64,000 nt of DNA from Nageia nagi (lineage: Eukaryota; Plantae; Pinophyta). A model generated the notes under the pieces. It was not told where the DNA came from, searched no databases, and worked only from the letters and a program-made list of their open reading frames with translations. The position numbers and the translations under genes are program-made. Position 1 is the first letter of the stretch, and each line of letters begins with the position of its first letter. The stretch lies in assembly GCA_050084985.1 (NCBI GenBank), contig JBITNC010000002.1, positions 34,658,001-34,722,000 on the forward strand. The letters run 5' to 3'. Shown piece by piece: positions 12,784-25,410 of the stretch.

Positions 12784-14258
12784 ATGTCTCCAAATCTTCA
12801 ACAGTCGTTGGTTCGAGCTTCCCTTGTGCTTCTCTGCATTCTTCACTACATCATTTCCACATCTGGAGAAGATGGTTAGTAAAAAAAACATGAAATGCAT
12901 TCCTACGTTTCTTCATTAGTATATACGCAAAAACGTGTAATCAAAATGACTGAAAATTCATGCAGGTCTGCTGGTGAATGGAGATTTCGAAACGGCTCCC
13001 GGTGGGAATCGAGCGTGGGGAGAAGGCGAAAACGTAGAGTCATTGCTGGGTTGGAAGATAGACGGAACGGTGGAATACGTCGGGGAAGGCCAACGGCAGG
13101 GAAATATGCTGCTTGTGGTTCCCCACGGAACACACGCACTAAGATTGGGAAACGATGCTCAGATTAGCCAAGAAATCCAGGTGGAAAAAAGTGCTACCTA
13201 TTCTCTCACCCTCAGCGCTGCCCGAACATGTGCCCAGTTGGAATCTCTCAACGTTTCGGTTCCTACTTCTTCTGCTAACATTGATTTGCAGACATTGTAT
13301 AATATTAGAGGATGGGATGCGTATGCCTGGGCCTTCCATGCCCCATCGGACCAAGATCATGTTGAGCTTGTTTTTCGCAATCCTGGCATGGAAGAAGATC
13401 CCACCTGTGGCCCTGTTCTTGACGACATTGCCATCAAACAAATTTCCACGCCTGAGAAAACCAAAAGTAAGTTCACTTCACTTGTTTTTTAGTAGTTATG
13501 CATTGACTGGTGAAACTTTAGCTACAAGCAGATAATTAGGTGAGGAAAAAGCTGTAAAAAATTTAAAGCTGTTCGACTTTATTAAATCAAGTTTTAAGAG
13601 TACTGAAGTTAGAATGCACAAGATAAAATGGATTTAAGACTTTATAATGTGCAGATAATCTTGTGGTGAATGGAGATTTCGAGGAGGGACCTTGGATGTA
13701 TAGAAATGCGTCGTTGGGGGTGCTTTTGCCCACTAATCTGGACGTGACAAGATCTCCTCTGCCGGGTGGATTGTGGAGTCCAACAAGGCTGTCAGATACA
13801 TAGATTCCAACCATTCGAGAGTACCAGTGGGCAGAAGAGCGATAGAGCTGCTGTCTGGGAAAGAAGGGATTATATCACAGATGGTGGAAACAGAACCCGG
13901 CAAAAAATATGCTATGAGCTTTTTGATGGGAGACGCAGGAAATAACTGTCAGACGCCCATGGCTGTAATGGCTTTTGCTGGTGATCAAGCCGATAACTTT
14001 CATTATACCCCTCCTGCAATCCTTACGTATGAAACCAACAACGTGACCTTTACTGCAAAAGCTGCACGTACGCGTATTGCGTTTTATAGTATATATTACA
14101 ATACGAGGATTGTGGATAGGAGTTCTTTGTGCGGTCCTGTTATTGATCAGGTCACAGTGGTCGACCTCTCCATGTCGGCCACCTCCGCTGTCCGTTTCTC
14201 CCTTTGTTTTTGCTTATGTTTGGTCATCCTCGCATTCTCAGTGGAATTTGGTGTGTAG
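12784..14258 (+). pseudogene. DUF642 (BIIDXI-like family) cell-wall protein with GPI-type tail, copy 1; exons 12784-12874, 12966-13466, 13655-14258; frameshifted
   Basis: Signal peptide MSPNLQQSLVRASLVLLCILHYIISTSG; two GLLxNGDFE domains; AARTCAQ; NPGMEEDPTCGP; GT-AG introns. A 1-bp deletion versus copy 2 at ~13762 (CCGGG vs CCCGGG) gives TAG at 13801-13803. Confidence 0.85.
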
Positions 14259-14694
14259 AAGAAGATTAGATAGACATGTTTTGTAGCGAGATTGGTCGAT
14301 AATCGATCTAGATTCTATTTATGTAGGTGGTGCTGTACAATGAGTATTTGATGCCACTCTTTCTCTGCATTTCAGAATGCTGCTATGAAGGGACACCTTT
14401 GATTTTATAAAGGTTTTAAAAGTTTTCACTATAGAAATTATGAATGGAATTAGGAGGTAATTTGTAAAACCACTTGAAATATATTTAGGAAGGTTGTGAG
14501 TTTAAAAGTTTGGCTTGAAATTTTAGACACCCAGAATATGATCATTCTATTTTATTCATCAATGCTTCGTTTTTTGCTTAGTTATTTGCATGATATCTCT
14601 ATGCAATGCTACCTGGTGTGTTGACAATAACATTGCACTTGTTATTAGATTAAAACATGAGGAAGAAACACAAAAATAGAAAATCTTACAAACA

Positions 14695-15960
14695 TTAGCT
14701 CAAATACAAATCATATCAAGTGTAACAGTGGTTGATACCTAAACTTTTTGTTTATTGGCCCCGTGGTGCAAAAAAGCAGTGGTATCATTGTTCATGCATT
14801 TACTTTTGGTGTCAGTATGCCACTGTCTCCATGACAAATAACCTTGAAATCTCATTGGATTCCACATACAGGGCATCTCATCTGCTATGTGTCACTATAC
14901 TTCACCAGTAAAAGAAAAAGCATATGAAAGATTCAGTCAACACTTCCAGTAAGTAATCGCTTCAATTAGTTTTTCTTTGATACTCTTCATGTCCTTATAC
15001 ATTCACTTCCTTTACATGTTCATTTCCCCACAGGGGCTTGCTTCAGCAGTTTGTATTGTCTCTATTGATGCAAAAAATGAGCTTGTGTTATGACTATTTT
15101 CATATGTAAAAATGCTAATATGAACTCGTCTACAGCTAGCATGCCTTGGATGCTCTACAGCAAGATAAATTTTATAGATAACTTTTTTCTAAAACGTATT
15201 TGAGAGAAGATAATTATTAGCTTTCCTGCAGGGATTTGATTTGGATACACTATGGCAATTTCTCTTCAAAAACACTGCATGAATTACATAGCAATCATGG
15301 ACTAACAAGGACTTGAACCAATGTTCAAGATTTGATTTTATTTCCTTCTTTTAAGGGAAAGATTCTAATTAATTTTTGGCTTTTCCACAGGGAATTAGTT
15401 TACTATATTTTCTGATACAACATATTAACTTTCTTCATGCTCTTCAAATTAACTACAATTTATTCGAAGGGAAGATGATCATATGTACAATCCTTCACTA
15501 AATTGATTATCTGTTGGTCTTTAACATTGGCTTCCTTGTTCCAAAGGAAATTTATAGCTATTTAATAGAGATTTCAACAACTTCACAATTTCTTTCCCTC
15601 TTCTGCATTCAACTTTTTCTTTTGTCTAACTTCTTTCAAAACATCAACTACGTCAACTAATAACATCGTCAGTCAACGTACACATTTTATCTTTTTATGT
15701 GACATTAGTACATGTTGCTTTTCAAAGAAAGGGACACGAACATAAAGTTCTGATCAACCAGTTTGCTTAAGAGTTTTCCTATAAAGAGTGGAAGTACATT
15801 AAACAAGGTACCAATGGGCACTTGGGGACTTAGAGGATGATAATGTATTGCAGATTTTTTGGGATGGGAGGCTAAGGGGAAGTGGGATTGAGGCGGTTGA
15901 ATTTTCAGGATTAGATATATCAGATCAAATTAAAAGGTAAATAATAACGTGAATTCATAG
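14695..15960. repeat. Unidentified decayed, coding-like sequence, copy A (also at ~31133-32600 and ~47035-47833)
   Basis: Shared blocks such as CAGGGCATCTCATCTG, GCTAGCATGCC and CAAGGTACCAAT occur in all three places. Confidence 0.75.
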
Positions 15961-16837
15961 GAGAACAGGAATATCTAAGAGAAGGTCATCTACCAAGCTG
16001 ATTTTGGAGCTTCAGAATAAAAACATATTTGGAGTTTCAGTAACACAATGAAGCAAATAATTAATTAGAAATAGTTGAGGCTGGAGGTTGCGTTCTTTTC
16101 AGCTAGAAATGAAATGAAATGTTATTAATGTTTAAGGTAGATAGAAAATGATCCAAGGGATTGAGAAAAGACTACATTGAAAACTACAATCTTTGATCAT
16201 GTACATTGTAATCAGCTATAGATACATTGTATTACAATCTTCAATTAAGATATGGATACGTTGTAATCAACCATAAGTAGATAAAAGATGAAATAGACAT
16301 GTAGCCAAGATTATCTTTAAATTCTGAAGTCTTCCAAAGGTTTTGAACTTTGTTAAAATTATTTATTTTTATGTTTTTGTTGCATTTGCATTCTTTTCTT
16401 CTTTCTTAGTTGGGTTGGGTTTGTGCAATGGAGAATGATTGTATAACCATTTAGTGTACTCAAAGGTGAACATCATAAAGTCATGTTTATGATAGGAACA
16501 ACAGAATACTGCCACATAATGAGGTTCAATCGAAAGACATCTATACATTAGATAGTTACAACAAAATACCCCAACATTTGGTGTTCACAAGAACAAACCT
16601 TTTATTCACTATCATATCCCCCAATAAATATGCAAGAGATGCACTCTATGTTTGAATTGGGGGGAAGTATATATAGATGGCATTAAAGGGAAAGGTTGGT
16701 AATGATGATGGGTATGTTCAACAAAATATTATATCATGCATACATTAAGAGATAAGATGGAATAATAATTTTTGAAAAGGACATGCATCATAAAGGTAAC
16801 ACTAATTCAACATGCATAAATTAAGTCAATGGGCCTA

Positions 16838-17431
16838 CATACTCACCTACTTGGTGTTTTCATTAGCTACCTCATCATGTGAAGTGTGCATCGATTCATC
16901 TAGGTTTGTTTCTTGAGGGAGTTTTTCATTTGATAAGTAATGTGCCTCCATGAGAGCATTAAAATGGAGTATCAAATAAAGTCACATTATCATTTTTGAT
17001 AAAAAATAACATTATTGAGAAAGAGCAACATAATTGAAAATCACATACTCACACTATCTCATCATATGAAGTGTGTATCGATTCATTTGGGTTTGTTTCT
17101 GGAGAGATATTATGATTTGATAAGTCCTAGCTTGCATGAGAGCATTAAAATACAGTATGACATAAACTCATATCATCATTTTTGAAAAAAAAAAAAACAT
17201 TATTGAGAAAGAGAAACATAATTGAGAATCACATGGTCGCTTAGTGCTTTCGTTAACTACCTCATCATATAAAATGTGCATCGGTTCATCTAGGTTTGTT
17301 TCCAAAGAGATTTATTCATTTGATAAGTCTTGTACTTGCATAAAAGCATTAAAATGGATTATCCAATAAAATCACAGTCATTTGTAACAAAAATCAACAT
17401 TTTTGAGAAAGAGCAACATCATTAAGATTCA
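16838..17431 (+). repeat. ~185-210 bp satellite-like tandem repeat, left part (3 units)
   Basis: Recurring CTCATCATRTGAAGTGTGYATC...TTTGATAAGT...CATTATTGAGAAAGAG; units start near 16838, 17044, 17231. Confidence 0.85.
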
Positions 17432-17744
17432 CAGTGTTATGCATAGTGGCGAATATTCGCCAATAGGCTAATATTAGGTTTTTTTATGTTAAAATATTTC
17501 AAAAATCTGAACCTTGGATATTGCACCATTTAGCCCGAATTTTTCAAGACAAAAAAATTATGGGTCTACTCCCCTATATTTTACAATTTTTTTATAAAGA
17601 TAAATGCAAATAGCCACCTATACTTTCGCAAGCAATCACCTTGAAAATAAATAAAAAAAAATATTTTTTCCCAACAAAATTGCCAATTATACCCTATATA
17701 TAAAGCTTATGAGATCGGTCAGATATACCAACATTTCAAATTCT

Positions 17745-18220
17745 CTAAGATGCTTGAGCCTTGTTTGAGAGGGATTGCAGATGCTCGGTAGTGCTTTATT
17801 AAAGACTCTTGCCTATGCAATATTGCAGATGCTCGATTGTGTGTCATTGAAGATGCTCATCAGTGGAGAATTGAATACGCTCGCCTGTGTGTCCTTGAAG
17901 ATGCTCATTAGTGTAGAATTGAAGATGCTCGTCTGTGTGGGATTGAAGATGCTCGTTTGTTTGGGATTGAAGATGCTTGTCTGTGACACATTAGAGATGC
18001 TCGTCTATGCAAAATTGGAGATGCTTGTCTATGTAAAATTGCAGTTGCTCATCTGCGCAAAATTAAAGATGTTCATCTGTGTAACATTGTAGATGCTCGT
18101 CTGTGCAACATTGCAGATGCTCGTTTGTGCAACATTGAAGATGCTCGTCTATTCAACATTGCAGACACTCATCTTGGCAACATTGCAGTCGCTTTCCTTA
18201 GGGTATTGAAGATGCTTGTT
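17745..18220 (+). repeat. 24-bp subterminal minisatellite (TTGAAGATGCTCGTCTGTGCAACA-like), ~19 units
   Basis: AGATGCTCGTCTG recurs at a 24-bp period; it explains the repetitive ORF 17775-18092. Confidence 0.9.
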
Positions 18221-18559
18221 AGGTAGAGTATTTCAACTATAACATGACCTTCACAAGCTAATTTTTTATTAGCATATTCCCCTTTTCGGGATATTGTAGA
18301 CACTCATTTGTGATTAATTGCAAACTCTAATCTTTGAGGAATGGTGCCAATTGGAAAATTGAAGGGAAAGAAGCAGGAGAATCCTCTTGCAAATAAAAAA
18401 ATTGGAAAGTATTTCACGTGCGAAAGGCATCAGCATCCGGCAATATGATTGTTTCAAGTTCCTTTGTACAATCACTTATTATTTTGGTTTTACACATCAA
18501 TAGTTTAATTATGGTTTAGTCATCATATACTTAGGAATATACTTGTATGCAAAAAACAC

Positions 18560-18790
18560 AGTTGATCTTGATTTGCCACTACATGAGGATATTCTTGAAA
18601 ATACTATGGATCCAAATAAGTAGCCAATTGAAGATATTTTTGAAAATACCATTGATCCCGATATGCCACCACTTGAGAATATTTTTGAAAATATAATTGA
18701 TCCTGATATGCCACCATTTGAAGATATTGTTAATAACAATATAACAATGTCAATCTTGATATGCCATCACTTGAAGAAATATTTGATGAT
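18560..18790 (+). repeat. ~45-bp coding-type minisatellite (DxDMPPLEDIFENTI) at the transposase N-terminus
   Basis: GATCYTGATATGCCACCACTTGAAGATATTTTTGAAAAT repeated ~5 times. Confidence 0.8.
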
Positions 18791-21248
18791 GATATGCATG
18801 ATAATGATAATATTTTGAATCACGAAAGCACAGATTTTGCATGCGATGCGGTTACTGCAGCTTCTGAAACTCCTATTGAAATTCATAATCTCGAATCTGA
18901 TAAAGATATAGAAAACATACAAAAACCTAAATCTGTAGGTAGTGCTTTACAGAAAACCAAGAAAAAACAAAGTTGTTGGTCTATTGGTAGATCATTTAAA
19001 GAAGAATGGTCATCATGATTTCCGTTCATTGTCCTTGTGATTCCTAAGAATGGTGATCCACCAATAGAATGTAAATGCGAGATTTGTTCCAGAAAATTAG
19101 GAAGGGATCAGAAGATGCAACTTAAATATGATACAATTGAAAAACATTATGCAAAGGCATATGTGAAAATAATAGATCAAGATGGAATAGTTAGAAAAAA
19201 ATAAATCATAAAAGATGAGACTAAATGTTTTCATAAGAAATATGAAATTGAATATAACAAGATGTTGGAAGAAAAACAAATTCGTGATCAAACTGGAGCA
19301 ACAATTATAGCATAATATAGAAAAGCAAAAGAAAAAACATTAGTTTCAAAAAGTTCACAATTTGCAGTTATTTTTTATCTTCTAAATCAAGGCAGACCAA
19401 TAATAGATTTTTATAATCATAAAACACTTTTTGATTTAGCAGGTGTGCAACACCTCCCAAGTTCTCATTGGTCTCATCGAAGAGGTTGGGAATTGGCTAA
19501 ATGTCTTGAATTGGTCAAAAAGGAAGATTTAGTTGAAAGTGTAAAAAAATCAAGATTCATTTCCTTATCAATTGATGAGGTAACTGCAGTAGATAGCACA
19601 TCTTGGGTATGTATACATGTTTACACATTCATTGAACATGTTAGACAACCCCATTTGCTAACAATACACAGAATGAAAGAAGCTTGTAACTCAAAAGTTT
19701 TTCAATCTTGTTGTAAACATTTTGAAAGAGATTGCTAATTTGGATGATGTGGAAATTGTGAAAAAGCTAATATGTGTAGGAAACAAAAATGGACTTTGTA
19801 TTCGTCTTCAAACATTGGTTGCTTCATATATGATTCTTATTCATTTTATGGCTCATAGATTGAACCTTGCATATGAAATAGTAAACACACATACTTGTGT
19901 GAAGTGGAGGAACTGATAAATGAAGTGTATGCATACTTTTCAAAAAGCTCCAAAAGGAATGTCTAATTCCAACAATTTGCTCTTAGAAAATCTAATGGAA
20001 AAAGAATGTTAAAACATGTTGACACCAAATGGATTTCACTATTTAAACCTGCAGAAAGAGTATTTGAGCAATATAAATTTTTGACAAGTTTCTTTTATCA
20101 AAATAGAAGAGCTATTGATAGAGCCAAAGATTTATTGTATCTCATGATAGAATTGGAAACGTTATTAATATTATGTGGAATGATACCAATGTTTTATGAA
20201 ATGAACAAATTGATCAAGATGGCTCAAGAAAGATCTATATATATAATTGATTTCATGAGTGAAAGAAACTAGGTATGATGGATTATTAACAGGTTGTATG
20301 AAATAGATTTTACAGATCCATTATTTGAAAATTGGAATTCATTAACAAATGTGAAAAATCCAAAAAGTTTTTTAAGATTCAATATTGTTGATAGAATTTG
20401 TATTAGTGTCAATGATATAGTATTCCTCTATATTGTTTTGAAAGATAGGGTGTAATGTCATCTGTTGAAATTGATTTTGAGCAAGTTCATGTAATGCCAA
20501 TCAGATTTGAAAGAATTTTATAGGAATCAAGGATTAAGCTTCGAAAAAGTTTAGATACATTAACAACATAAATTAGAGAAAGATTTCAAGGAGATGATTT
20601 CCTTGAAGCTATAGTTGTGGTGAATCCAAATTTTTGGAATCCGATATCGGATTACAACAATACAAGTTAATTTTTAATAAACATATAGAGAATATAGTTA
20701 ATCATTTTGGAAGAATTGTTGAAATAAATGGTGTTGAAATAAAAGGAATTTTAGATAAAATATATTTGATTCAACAATCTGGAACTTTTAGCTTGACAAT
20801 GGTTAATCAGTTTAAAGAATTATTGAATGCATTAGAGCCTGGTTCTATAACACGATTGTGGAAAAAATTGTATCCAAGTAGTATGCTGTGAGATTCAATG
20901 TCAGATTATTTTAATTTATACAAATTCTAACAAACAATGATTTTGGGTTTCGTGGAAGATGAAAGGGTTTTTAGTGCTTTGCAGTATGTTAAATCCAAAA
21001 TTCAAAATAGATTGGAAAAAAATCTTGAAAGTTGTTTACGAATTTATGTCTCACATCATATGCTGAAAAGTTTTTCCTATGACAAAGCAATAGCATTATG
21101 GAAATCATTGAGCAACAGAAGGAGAGGAAATCAAACAGATGAAAAGAAAGATAAAGATATCTTCATAGACCACATTGTGAATGTCTTAGAAGATTCAGAG
21201 GCACACACTAATGGAGCTAGTTCTCTAATGAACATGTTCCAGCTATAA
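18560..21248 (+). pseudogene. hAT-family transposase (ZNF862/DUF4371-like), decayed
   Basis: TTF-type zinc finger (RSFKEEW...CKCEIC); FISLSIDEVTAVD (first catalytic D); HFMAHRLNLA (CxxH-like); TKW; hATC GFVEDERVFSALQYVKSKIQNRL. The second-D (DG) segment appears deleted; multiple stops. Confidence 0.85.
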
Positions 21249-22099
21249 CTGAGTCAATTTTTATAATGTGACCCCTATAATATAATTTGTTAGGAACTTC
21301 ATGGATTTTTCCCTATGTGGATGGAAGGGAATGTTGTTTTTAAACAATGTTATGCAGACATTGTATTTGAGATTTGTTAAGTTAGATTAAATTATATATA
21401 GTTATTCTAATTTCTCTTATGAATGCATGCATCTTGAATCTTGATAATTAACACAAACACTAATAAATGTATTGACATTGACAACAGACATTGATAATTG
21501 ACTGTGGTAATACATTGACGATCTTCTCCATTTGAAATTACATATAAATGTTATCATTCGAAGATAATAGTAACATCCATTTTAAATTTCTAATTGTAAT
21601 CAATTTTGAACGTAGTTGCTAATGCAAATTTCAAAAGCTATAATATAAAACACGTGTGCAAACATTCTAAATTTCTAATTCATTCATAGGCATTACTTTT
21701 CATTTTAGTATTTCAATGTCTTTCCACAATCATTACAAAATACAATTTTAAATCACATATTTATGCAAACATTCTAAAGTTCTAATTCAATCATGGGCCT
21801 TACTATTCATTTCAATATTTCAATGTCTTTCCATAATCATTCAAAAATACCATTATACCATTTAAAATTACATATTAATGCAAACAAAATGAACTCAAAA
21901 AAATTTGATCATACTTATGCAAACATTCAATGTCCACTAACAATTGTAATGATTCAAAAAAAACTTGCTTCCATTATCCACAACATCACAACACGAAACA
22001 AGTATAACAAGTCTTTCTAAATTTAAAAACACTTTGAAAACGTTTTTATGAAACAAGCATCCAACAACTAAATTCCCACTTCATGCTTAAATATGAAAT

Positions 22100-25000
22100 A
22101 TTATCTTTTGAATAAATTCTTCAACATTCCCAGGAATCTCCTCACTTTATTGCTCAAGAGTGGTAGTTTCAATAGATGTAGATTGGGATATCAATCCCAA
22201 CTCAGTTACTGTCAATAATTATTTTTGTGCAGTATCCAATGTGTCTACTAAGTTTCTCAACTCTTTTCTCCATCCTCTCCCGGTATCACCATAGATTTAG
22301 TCTCCTTCTCTTTTTGTTTCATCAAAACGTGGTAGTCCATATTATGCTCCTTTATTATTAATTTCAGTGCATTATTATCCTTTAAAGCTTTGAGCAGCTT
22401 CTCCTTGGCCGTAGATGCATTACGTAGACTCTTCCTTACCTTTTCAACTTGAAAAACCAAGTTGTTTACTTGTTTCTTAAGTTATCAAAGTTAGAATGAA
22501 AAATAAAACAAGAATAATGCTTAGATATGAAAATTGAAATAAAATAAGAAAAAAGAAACTACAATAAGAAAATGAAATTGCTAACAAAATTGTTACCTCT
22601 ACTACTTTTGTGGCTTCGGTAATTTTCACCTTTTGCATATCAGTGTTCCAATAGTTGTAGTAGGCTTAGGTTTTATCATCTAAATTTTCTAACTTTGTTA
22701 AAATATGATTGACATCAATGTCAACATACAGGGAAGCAAACTTTGTCTTTCCTATTGTAACCACTTTAAAATGTGTCGTAAGCTTCTCTAGAGAGTTTTC
22801 TAACTTTGAAAAGATCTTATCCCTCTTCCCATAGTTTGCAAACCTCGAATTGATCTCATTGAAGAGTACTTTGGCACGAAATTCCCACATCTTCGCATTG
22901 AGAAGTTTAGGAAGAATCGAATTTTTGATTTTTCCCTCTATATTCAAACAAATTAAACTATCAACAAAAATAGAGGGATTTAAATCTTCATCCTCTTCTT
23001 CTTCATCTTCTTTTGCGGCTTCAGTTTCAATCATGATCTATTATGTTACCTATTCTTGAGGCTTCTAGCTTGCAGCAGCTTGATGTTGACTCCCTTTCCC
23101 TTTCCCTTTCCCTTCGCCATGCATTGTGTTTTGCTCTTTCCACCATTCCTTTTAAGTAATCCTCATCAAGCTTTGGTGTGCAAAGATCAACAATAGTACA
23201 TGTAGCTGAATTAATATTTGACAAAGTGAAATTTGGGACATCATCAATAGATAGAATATTCTATGGCCCAGAGGCATTCGATTTCATTATTTTTCTGCTT
23301 CTCCCTCTTCGAGTAGAAGTAGCTCTCCCATTGGTTGAAATATTTACTAAAATATCTAAAGGAATCTGTTTGCCTCTTGGTTGCACCCTCCCCTGGCCTC
23401 TTATCGATGGAATAGGGGGTGGAAGTGTTGCTCGTGAAAAAGTGGGTTGCTTCTATGGAATTGAAACATTGGACCTCCCACCTTCAAAAATGAAATTTAT
23501 TGCATTAGTAATTTATTGAGAAAGAGACAATCATTTGAAGGTATTCACCTAATACCACTTTGCTTACCTTCTGGCTCCAAGACTTGTGTGGATTTTATGG
23601 AAATGGGTTGTGTCTGTGTTACTTGCCTTGTTGGTGGTGAAGAAATTGTATTTTCAACCATGTTTGCATCTGTAATCAATAAATAATTAAAAATATTTAG
23701 AAACTAGAATAAATGATTATCTACAATCTTATTGATGATCATCGTGAATAGGTCACATATGATCATCTTTAGGAAAACACTAATGATCATCTATGACATG
23801 GACGGACGATCATCTGTCATTCTCAAGACAATCATCAATGAGTTATCAATGTCGATCGTTAATGAGTATGCATAGACGATTGCCTATCAAGATAATCGTT
23901 AATGAGTTATCAATGTCGATCGTCAGTGAGTATGCACAAACGATCATCCATGAGATTACACAAATGATTGTCAGTGTTATTCTAAAGACGATCGTTAATG
24001 ACTTATACATGAAAATCATCTTTAGGATGATGTCGATGATCATCTCTAAGATTGCACATACGATCATCAGTATCATTTAACAAACCATTGTATTTGAGAT
24101 TGTGCTGACAATTGTCAGTGCAGTCCCACTGATAATCATTTGTGCAATCTTACAGATTGTTAATGCGAGTGTATATTGTACAAATAAAGTGTGAATAGTG
24201 CATACTTAGAACTAGGATAGTAGAGTTATGTTGTTGCAATTGTTCAACTTCATTATCATTATATTTTGATAGAGGAGATGGATTGTGACTATGGTATGAA
24301 ATGACATAATTATCCCCAGAATCTGAGATGACATTTACATTTCTCCTATGCCTTTTTGAAGATTTCCTCACCAAGGGTGAATCAGCTTCCCCTTGCAAAT
24401 CTCCAACATCTTCTGGTTATTATCTTTTTATTGCAACCTATTTGCGAAAGATTGAATCTGTTGACTTCCTCTGCATTAAGGTTAAACAACATTTTCAATG
24501 AATCGTATAAAATTACCTATTATGTATTGAATACACACCAAATTCCAAATAAAAACATAGTTAATGATTTTGGTACCTGCACTTCTTCTGCAATCAGTGT
24601 TAATGATTTGAGATGACCATGATTAATTATCGGAGTTGGGGTACTTTAAAGAGAATAAAAAGCCTCATAGTATAAAGCAAGCAAATAGTTACAAGTGGAT
24701 AAGTAGGCATTTTGGGATTTTGATATCTTAACAGTGCCAATGTTAGTTTGAATCCTATTGGTAATAAAAGAGCACCAATCAAATCTTTTATGCTCAATAT
24801 ATCTCAGAATGTAATAAAGCCCCCAAAAAGGAATGCCCAGTGCTCTTCCCTGTAAAACTATTTTGGCTTGGAAAAACTCTATGGCAACCTTCAAGAAAAG
24901 GTTTTGGACATCAAGCAAATTAAGACCCATTCTCAAGGGATTGTAGTTAACTACAAAAAATATACTAATCATCAAATCATTCAATGTAAAAAAAATAAAA

Positions 25001-25410
25001 ATTAATGAAAGATACATCAAATTTAATAAAAATAATATTAGACACTTTCATCTGTTAAACACTCGGCCTAGATCCCATAGTTTGTTTCCAAATGAATTTT
25101 ATCTTTATCATTTAACAAAGTCGCCTTCGTATTGACCTGCTTCTCAGCATCCTTGAACGATAGACTTATCAACCTATGTACATTAAAGGGTTTGATAGAG
25201 AAGGAAACAAGTTTCCCATGGACTATCATTGTAACAGGTGAATTGTCATGATCGTAGGAGTTAACAATGGCATCAAGAAGAGGAATGTCATTCGAAAATG
25301 TGCCCATTGAAACCAATGGAATAAGGTCAGATTCTTGCAGTCAGGTAAAGTCGTATCCGTGAGTGGTAAGAATCTCAAAAATTTGAGGGCAAATAAGATT
25401 CTTATAACTA
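22100..25410 (-). pseudogene. Spliced second gene inside the TIR element (transposon-associated, plant-mobile-domain-like N-terminus; acidic/coiled-coil C-terminus), decayed
   Basis: Chain of minus-strand ORF pieces (25068-25316, 24646-25020, 24150-24398, 23027-23224, 22666-23034, 22257-22460) separated by AT-rich segments with GT donors (~24576, 24153, 23567, 22596) and AG acceptors (~23670, 23482). TATAAAT on the minus strand near 25500. Confidence 0.6.
23710..24140. repeat. Degenerate array of RAYGATCRTY palindromic motifs (second cluster at 25695-25805)
   Basis: GATGATCATC / GACGATCATC / GACGATCGTT recur about every 22-24 bp. Confidence 0.7.

Noticed and set aside
13139-13535. Overlapping or antisense ORFs on DUF642 exon 2 (also 29551-29853 and 29908-30330)
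   Set aside because: Shadow frames of the real exon; conserved only because the DNA is duplicated.
14770-14900. CxGDSG-like protease motif in the unidentified relic (minus strand)
   Set aside because: Requires a frameshift, is deleted in copy B and reads GESG in copy C; no other catalytic residues are recognisable.
17775-18092. 105-aa hydrophobic repeat ORF (LKMLVC...)
   Set aside because: By-product of the 24-bp minisatellite with a non-ATG start; adjacent units contain stops.
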